Positions 56,816 through 64,000 of a stretch of 64,000 nt of DNA are shown here, piece after piece. The stretch is from Saprolegnia diclina VS20. Taxonomy: Eukaryota. Made by a program: the position numbers and the translations under genes. A model generated the notes under the pieces. The model worked only from the letters and a program-made list of their open reading frames with translations. It had not been told where the DNA came from and searched no databases. Within the stretch, counting starts at the first letter, position 1, and the number at the start of each line of letters is the position of its first letter. The stretch lies in the NCBI RefSeq assembly GCF_000281045.1, contig NW_008246096.1:101727-165726 (forward strand), in the 5' to 3' direction.

Positions 56816-58992
56816 TTACGATTCGTTGTGGAGGAGCGAGTGGTAGCCCGATGTGATCAAGTTGATCTCTTCTTCCAGCTGGTACGTGGCGTCGGCTTCT
56901 TGCTGCAGCCGCTCCTGCAGCTGCTTGTTGCGGTGTTTGAGCGCCCGCAGGATGCTATGGTCCGTCTCGGCGCCCGGACGTCCCCTTGTCGGTGCACTGC
57001 TCCGCGGCTGCTCGTTCTCAGGTCCTCGCGACTCGATCGCTTCGGGCCCTCGCTGCTGTTGTGCTTGAGCTTGTTGTTGTACCATGGGCGGTTGTCGGAA
57101 GCCATCGTCTGTCAGCGACGGCGCGCGCGGCTACGAGAACTAGAGTCAACATTTGTGTTTCCGCCTATTGTCAAGACGACTTCGGTAGCAAAATGCGACG
57201 GGCGGTATCGGCTGGGGGTGTCGACGACCGGTGGCACCGACATGGGATGCGGCATTGGGCGAGACAACGGACGCGTCGCCGACGACGTGTACGGCAGCGG
57301 GTGCGTTGCGCCCCGGTGGACCGAGTAGTCGGCGATGATGGCGTTTTGCGATCGCTACAAACACTGCGATATGCACGGCTCGATGGACAGCGTGGTTCTG
57401 TCATACCAGCGCTTGCATCTCGGTCTCGAGCTCGAGGATGCGTTTTGAGAGCTCTTGGTTGGTCGCTTGCGTCTCGTGCAGCGTGCCTTTGAGGTCGCTC
57501 ACGTGGTCAAAGTGCTGGTTCTTGAGCTCACGAATCTACTTTTGAGATGACACATTGGTGCCAAGTGGGGGTGTACAGTCTTGACGAGCACTTCGTGGTC
57601 TCGCTCCGCGTCCAGCACCTGCTGCTTGAGCGTTTGCGCCTACAAGGATCGGCCCTTGGTGTCTTGGTGAGTCCCATTCTTCGTTCACCTCGGTCGCAAA
57701 CGTAGAATTGAGCTTTAGACGCCGGACGAGCGTGTCGCACCGTCGCTGAAGCGCGTCGTTGACTTGGTGCAACGTTGCAATCTGGTGTTGCAGCGCCTCC
57801 TTGATGCTCCGCTCTTCCTTGACAGTCTCTTGCACGAGCTACACATACGGTCGAGTGACTTGAACTTGGGACGGACGTCGTACATGCAGCTTGTGACGGT
57901 CGTTCGATTGAAGCGCAGCGGCATCGCGCAGTTCCTGTGCGGCCTTGGCCGTTGTCTCTTTGGCCGCGTGCGCTTGCTCCTCGACAGCCTCCAGCATGTG
58001 TTCCAAGTCCTTGATCTTGGCCTTGTCTATCGATGTCGTAGAGTGCGTGGTCGAAATCGAACAACGCTAACCCCGCTGGCTCGTCTCGCGGAGAGCGTCG
58101 ACTTGGTGGTCCTTGGCCGTGAGCTCTTCCTGGAGCTCGTTGATCGTGCACGACAGCGTGTCCTGGATCTTTTGCATCTGCTCGCGGTCCCACTTGGTCT
58201 GGTGGTCCACCACTTGGCTCGTGTCGCACTCTATCGTTGTTCGAAGCGTGCCTTCTGTTCTTTGAAGAGGGAAATGCATACGGTAGGCGTATGCTGTCCG
58301 AGGCTTGGCGGCGTGCAAGTCCATCTGCGCTTGTGCGAGCTCGTCCTTCGTGATGGCAAGCTCTTCTTTGACGTGATCTAGCTCTTCCTGCAGCGACCGA
58401 ATGTAAATCTAACGCATGTACATCGTCGAGCTCCATAGTGCACATGCCAAGGGACCATGTACCTGCGTGTCACTCCGCGTGGACGAGACGACCATGCTGG
58501 CATTGCCTACATGTCGCCACTTCACCAATGTGTATGCAATGGCGTCATGCGCACCGTCGATGATGGTGTTGAGCCGTTTGATCTCTCGCTCCGCGTCCTC
58601 TCGCAACTTGGCTTCTTGCTAGAACGCAAGACGATGTGCGATGCAATCACATGGGCGACGACCGTACCTTGACTTTTTCCGAGAGCACGGCGAATTTGCG
58701 ACAGAGGACTTTGAGCTGCGTCGTGGCGGACGTCACGCACGTGGACGGCTCTGCCTGCACCTGCAAGCTCTCGCGCAACAGTGCGTCGTTGGTCGGGCTC
58801 GGCTTCTTGACCGTCGCGCTGCGTGTGTCCAAGTAGCCCACCTACGCTGCGTGAGACTCCGTCGCAGGCTGTGCCTGGACGCACCGGCGGGCGCTCCGTC
58901 GTGCGAATGTACGCGGGCCGCTGCTTGAGGCTCGGCGCACGCTCGGGCTGGGACGGCGCGGGCTTGGCCGCAGCGTCCACGGGCTCGGACAT
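56816..58992 (-). CDS. Coiled-coil hypothetical protein (multi-exon)
   Basis: ATG 58992 (MSEPVDAAAKP...). Successive heptad-rich exons (REDAEREIKRLN, QETVKEERSIKEALQHQIATLHQVNDAL, LKHRNKQLQERLQQE) are separated by short GT..AG introns. Confidence 0.65.
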
Positions 58993-59120
58993 GGCAGAGT
59001 TGCTCGACTCGATCCTCGCGCCGAACGGTCGCGCGATAATTTTCTAGCCGCACTGCGATTGGTCACTTGCATTGCTTTGTATATATTATCTAACGATAAA
59101 AAGCGAGTGTGCTTGACTGG

Positions 59121-59130
59121 TATCCGGATA
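59121..59130. promoter_or_regulatory. Perfect TATCCGGATA palindrome in a 190-bp bidirectional promoter, with CCAAT boxes
   Basis: Lies between divergent ATGs at 58992(-) and 59182(+). GATTGG at about 59057 and CCAAT at about 59139. Confidence 0.55.
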
Positions 59131-59181
59131 GGAAAGAGCCAATGACACGTCGTCGCACACTGGCCGATTTCTGCGCCGACG

Positions 59182-60925
59182 ATGGCGGATCTTGGCTTCT
59201 TCCGCGCGTGGGCCGACGACGAGCGCATGGAGGCGCTCTACAGCTCGAGCGTACTCAACGACCATACCCTCGCCAAGCTCTGTAGCCCCTAGCAATCGTC
59301 CTCTCGTCGGCTAACGAGCTCTCCTAGGGCTCCCAGCTCTGCACTGGAGCACGCAGTGCGTCGCATACGCTGCATCCTTCGTCTCGCTCATGAGGTTGCA
59401 TCACATGTAGCGGGCTACGGTACCATCCCGATGGCACGTTCGTCCAAGCGTGGCCGCCATCGTTGCTTCTGTCGCGGGACGAGCTGCCACGGCGCTTTGA
59501 GCGACGGGGCATTGAGCCAGTTCCCGTGGTCATTGACCATCTACTGGTCCATCGTCCATGCACTCCGTATATCAAAGCTAACATCTCTCGATAGACCGCG
59601 CTCGTACAAGCCCATGAGCTCGTGACGCCATCCGAGCTTCTCGAGCGATGCAATGCTAAGTCCAAACTCGGGTATGACGCTCACATTCCAATACCTACAT
59701 ACATCGACTCTACCTCTCGGTACAGGTGGTTCGTTGACGTCGCCGTCAAGCGGCCAATGCGTTGGGGCTGGGCGTCGCTTTGGCATGCGATAGCGGCGGA
59801 GGACGACAGTCGCCTGTCCCACGACAGCCCGTACCTGTCGCTCCCAACGCTTGCAAGCCTCGCGACACATGTGCACGCCTACGCGCTATCGACGCACGAG
59901 CCGCTGGCGCGCGTCTTTTGCCTCGGCCCTGATCACGTCACATGCGCGACCAAGGACCATGCGTTCCACATGCTGTGCCGCGCGGCGAGTCGACACGACG
60001 AGGCGTCTCCTCCGGCGCAGTTTTTGGCCGCCGTTGCCGCCGACGAACTCGACTATATCGCATTTTACCTCGTCTACACCAAGCGCGCGGTCATGCAGGC
60101 TGGGGTAGGCTACGAGATCATATATGATGGACGTTGTAGGACCGGTTATGGCTAGCTCATAAAGCTCGTCGTTCTGGATGCCACGGCCGATGCGATTGGT
60201 GACGGCGACCGCACGGTGCTGCTGCTGTACCATACCATTTCGACTGTCGAGACCGCGCTTGCCACGCTTCAGGCCCGCGTCTGGCTTGCGATGCATCGAC
60301 TCTGTGCGCTTATATAGAAGCGTCTAGGTGGCCGCCGTCGCGGAAAAGGCTCTGGAGGCCAAGCGACGCGGCAGTGCGGCCGAAGCCCTCGCGCTCTGGC
60401 GCCACGCCAAGACGCTTCAAGCCGACGTTGACCAGCGCCAGAATGCGCTCGTGAACCTCCTCTCGACCAAGCACCAGCTCGGCGCCATGTCGGCGCAGGC
60501 CACGGTATTGGCGTCAAAAGTGCATGCCGTCACCCCGTTCCACGTGTGACTAGATCCTCGAAGGCTACAAGCTGGCTGCCGAGAGCCTCCGTAGCGTGCG
60601 CGCGTCCTTGCATCTCTCGACGGACGCGGTGGCCGAGACGCTGGCCGACTGGAGCGATGTCATGGACGAGCAACGGCACATGGACGACCTCCTCACTGCC
60701 CGTACGCTCCACCCTGCTTGCGTTCGTATCAACCTTGCTTTGATAGACGCAGACTACAATGTGGATGAGGCGGCGCTCGAGATGGAGCTTCTCAGTCTGG
60801 CCCCGCCAAGTCCGAGTCCCGTGGCGGTCTCAACAGCAGCGGGTCAAGCCGAGCCGGTCACAGCAGCCACGCCACCTCCAGCACCAGCAGCCGCACCGAG
60901 AACGCTGGAAGGGATCTCTAAATGA
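59182..60925 (+). CDS. CHMP7: CHMP7-like ESCRT-II/III hybrid protein (multi-exon)
   Basis: N-terminal WADDERMEALYS matches the CHMP7 W..D.ERM..L.S motif. Also KRPMRWGW, and Snf7-like helices KALEAKRRGSAAEALALWRH...ILEGYKLAAESL...DAVAETLADWSDVMDEQ. Confidence 0.72.
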
Positions 60926-60987
60926 AACACTTGTATTCTTTTTTCACAGTGCGAACCCTACTACTCCTGGTCTGCGCGCTCGGCGGC

Positions 60988-62373
60988 CTAGGCGATATCA
61001 ATCTTGACGCCGCGGCGGATCTCACCCCAACCGATGAGACGCCAGTGCTTGTCGATCCGTCGGCTCAGCGCAATCTTCTCGCCTTCCTGTGTGCACACGG
61101 GCTGCGTAAGCAAGATCTTGGCCAGATCCTGCTTGACGGCAATGATCTTGGCACCTGTCGTCGTCGAGCCAATGTTGATCATGAGCACTTCGGCCTTCGT
61201 GAGCTTCTGGACCTTGGAGGCCTTTGAGCCCTCCGACGTCTTGACACCGAGGAGGCGGCGGAGGAGGTAAAAGTTGATTTCGAGCTCTGTGAAGATGTCG
61301 GGCAAGCTGCCCTTGAGGCCAAGCACCTGGCCGACGAGGCGATCCGACCGCGTGAGCGTCGGGTCGATGAGCGTACCGACACCAATGAGACCGCCGGGCA
61401 CCGCGTACTGCAGCTCGTTGTGCTCGGCCTTGAGCGACACGATGCGCGAAAAGATCGGCGTGCACTGCACCTTGCCATCTTCGTCCTTCGAGTAAATACC
61501 GGGGCGGACTTCAATCTCGTCGCCAATGCGGAGAACGCCCTGGAGGATCGACCCACCGGCGACACCACCCTGGAGGTTCTCCACGTCCTGGCCGGGCTTG
61601 TTGACGTCAAACGAACGAATGACAATGAGCTTGGGCTTCGAGACAAAGTCGCGGCGCGGGATCGGAATGTTGCGCACAATGTACTCGCAGACCACGTCAA
61701 TGTTGTACTTCAAGACGGCCGAGATCGGGATGATCGGCGCGTCGTGGGCGACCGTACCAGCGACAAACTGCTTGACCTGCTCGTACTGGGCCTTGGCCGC
61801 GTCCGGCTTGATCAAGTCGACCTTGTTCTGGAGAATGATAATGTTCTGGAGGCGCATGATTTCGACAGCGGCCAAGTGCTCCGACGTCTGCGGCTGCGGG
61901 CACGGTTCGTTACCAGCAACCAAAAGGAGCGCGGCGTCCATGACGGCGGCACCGTTCAACATGGTCGCCATGAGAATATCGTGGCCCGGGCAATCGACAA
62001 AACTCACGTGGCGCTGGAGCGCCCACGTCACGCCCTTCTCGTCCGTGAAGCGGTCCGGCTTGGAGCTGCCAAAGGCAGAGTACATGGGGCCCGTCGGCGC
62101 CTCGTCCGCCTTGGCCGGCGCGGGCTCCGAGCGGTAGATCTTGGCGTTGGCATACCCGAGCTTGATGGTAATGTTACGCTCGAGCTCGTTCTTGAAGCGC
62201 ACAGTCTGCACGCCCGAGATGGCCTTGACGACCGTCGACTTGCCGTGGGCGACATGGCCGATCGTACCAATGTTGATGGTCGCCTGGCGCGAGATGACCT
62301 CGGGCGTGAGCGGCGTGAGCGTCTTTGGGTCGAGCGCCGAGAGGTCCTGGACGGCCAGCTGCGAGTTGTTCAT
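60988..62373 (-). CDS. EIF2S3: Translation initiation factor eIF2 gamma subunit (single exon)
   Basis: [55 protein letters not shown], and C-terminal HWRLIGWG. Confidence 0.98.
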   Translation of the reverse strand: MNNSQLAVQDLSALDPKTLTPLTPEVISRQATINIGTIGHVAHGKSTVVKAISGVQTVRFKNELERNITIKLGYANAKIYRSEPAPAKADEAPTGPMYSAFGSSKPDRFTDEKGVTWALQRHVSFVDCPGHDILMATMLNGAAVMDAALLLVAGNEPCPQPQTSEHLAAVEIMRLQNIIILQNKVDLIKPDAAKAQYEQVKQFVAGTVAHDAPIIPISAVLKYNIDVVCEYIVRNIPIPRRDFVSKPKLIVIRSFDVNKPGQDVENLQGGVAGGSILQGVLRIGDEIEVRPGIYSKDEDGKVQCTPIFSRIVSLKAEHNELQYAVPGGLIGVGTLIDPTLTRSDRLVGQVLGLKGSLPDIFTELEINFYLLRRLLGVKTSEGSKASKVQKLTKAEVLMINIGSTTTGAKIIAVKQDLAKILLTQPVCTQEGEKIALSRRIDKHWRLIGWGEIRRGVKIDIA

Positions 62374-62919
62374 CGTCGAGGCTTGCGAATATGACTGGAC
62401 GAAGGCGTAGTCAATGCTATCTCAGCCACTGAAAATCCCCGAAACCCACCATGTCCGGATGGACTTTACCGGATGACGGAATTTGATTGTGGCCGACCGC
62501 GCGGCCGAAGCGACAGGGCCGACGTGGCGCCGTCGCCTCGCCGGCCGGGTTGTGCTTGGCGGCCCAGCGAAGCGGCGCAGACGCTTCTTCCATCTCGGTC
62601 AAATGTGCTTGTGGGCGATAGCGGTCGTAGAAGCGAGGCCATCGCGTTCGTATGGCCTTGGCATGTGCGGAGGAAGACGACGTGGGCATGACGCACGGCA
62701 ACAACCCTGCGGCAACAGCATCTCTCGCCAGTCCAAGAAGGTCTTGTAGCAGCATGCCATAGGAATCTTCGCGGCAATGCAGTATCGCACGTGCCTGGCT
62801 CGACCCGATGGCAAACACAACGAAGTCGAAAGGCCCATCATGTTATGCAGAGACCACAGTCTAGAGACCGTGGTCTGCCATGCGAGTACTGTAGCAAAAG
62901 ACGCACTCGGTACTTGTCC

Positions 62920-64000
62920 TTAGAGAAGCGGCGATGCTTTCCGCTTGCTCGAGATGACGTTGTACATGGCTGCGTCCACGAGCCCCATGACCTAGTTCAT
63001 AAGCTCAGTCGAGATGCATGAACCAAGATAAGCAGTAGTATGTACGGTGAAGACGCCGCCGACGATGGCGCAGACGCTGGTCAGGAACGGGACGAGTCCC
63101 TTCTGCGTCTGCTCGATGCGAAACTTGATGGGCGAGAACTCGTATGCAAACGTAATGCGCGGGAGCCCCTTCTGCCCCGTCGGCGTCATCTCCAGAAAAT
63201 GCTCGGTCGCCGAGTACTGGTTGGACTTGATCTCGTCGCCGTTCAAGAACGAATAGTCGGTCGAGACAACCTACAGAATAGACAATCGTAACCACAGTTG
63301 GTAAGCTCGAGTGGCGGACCTTGAGAAAGTACTGGTACGCGCCGCGCGTGCCCTCGGCAAGGTGCTTGACGCGCGCGTTGAGAGGGTTCTTCATGTTCTA
63401 CACATCGTGTTAAAAGGAGTCGAGCGCATGACGACGTACGGGGTACTCTTGGCCAAACGTGAGCGCGTGGATCGTGTGCGAGTTGTCAAAGACCTTGAAC
63501 GTCGAGTCCAAGACATCGTCCGCGACAAGGTACCCGCTTTGAAAGATCTTGGACGGCGCGAAGTAAAACTTGCCAGCGACCTAATGCCCTCGCACGCATG
63601 CGAATGCGATCGTCTTTGCGGAGAGGGTACCTTGGCGACGTCCAGATGGCCCGTGATGCGGCAGCCTTCCTTGATGTCGCCCTTGAGGATAGACTCCAAG
63701 TCGGCGTTCATGCACTAGAGAGTGGCTCAACATTCGGCGAGCTTTCGACGCGTAGGAATATACCTGCACCACGTTGTGCAAGCTCGGGAGCGCCCAGTTG
63801 CGACGAACGTACGCGCTCTTGACGTCCTCGCACGTGTTGCAGCACTAGAGATAACGTGACGTGGCTACAAAGGCACTGCGTGACGGTGGCCGTACCTCGC
63901 CCGGATCGCCGGCGCCGTAGCAGTTGCCGCACTTGGAGCTACTCTTCGTTAGACCTCTTGGTACATGTAAAGGTGATACAGCGTACCCGTCGGATTGAAC
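62920..64000 (-). CDS. ERGIC3: ERGIC3/Erv46-type COPII vesicle protein, 3' part (5' end beyond the window)
   Basis: CGNCYGA..CCNTCEDV, EGCRITGHLDVAK|VAGKFYFAP, YQYFLK|VV, YEFSPI, FLTSVCAIVGGVFT|V. Stop at 62920. Confidence 0.9.

Overview
This is gene-dense eukaryotic DNA of about 60% GC. It has very short introns (mostly about 40-55 nt, usually GTAC...TAG) and several oomycete-type gene families, so it is most likely from a Saprolegniales oomycete (Saprolegnia/Achlya-like; this is inference). I reconstructed about 27 protein-coding genes by hand. Well-supported calls: ULK4/RUNKEL kinase, a mitotic cyclin, a double-domain sterol glucosyltransferase, an anoctamin, WDR55, WDR3/UTP12, PTPMT1, two TPR-DnaJ proteins, an LRR receptor-like TKL kinase, VPS39, RSL1D1, a CCT protein, an RCC1-repeat protein, CHMP7, eIF2-gamma and an ERGIC3/Erv46-type gene. 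I found no convincing RNA genes, transposons or CRISPR arrays, and there is one 100-N assembly gap. The best leads are: (1) a small WW-WH2-WH2-FAB-like-coiled-coil protein with Ena/VASP-like organisation; (2) a D/D-domain plus tandem-GAF protein with no catalytic domain; (3) a recurrent palindromic promoter motif TATCCGGA(TA) upstream of many genes; (4) an anoctamin that has lost three canonical Ca2+ ligands; (5) a sterol glucosyltransferase carrying an active and an apparently dead GT module; (6) an LRR kinase with one symmetric exon per repeat. Exon boundaries are manual predictions and all family calls come from remembered motifs, not database searches.
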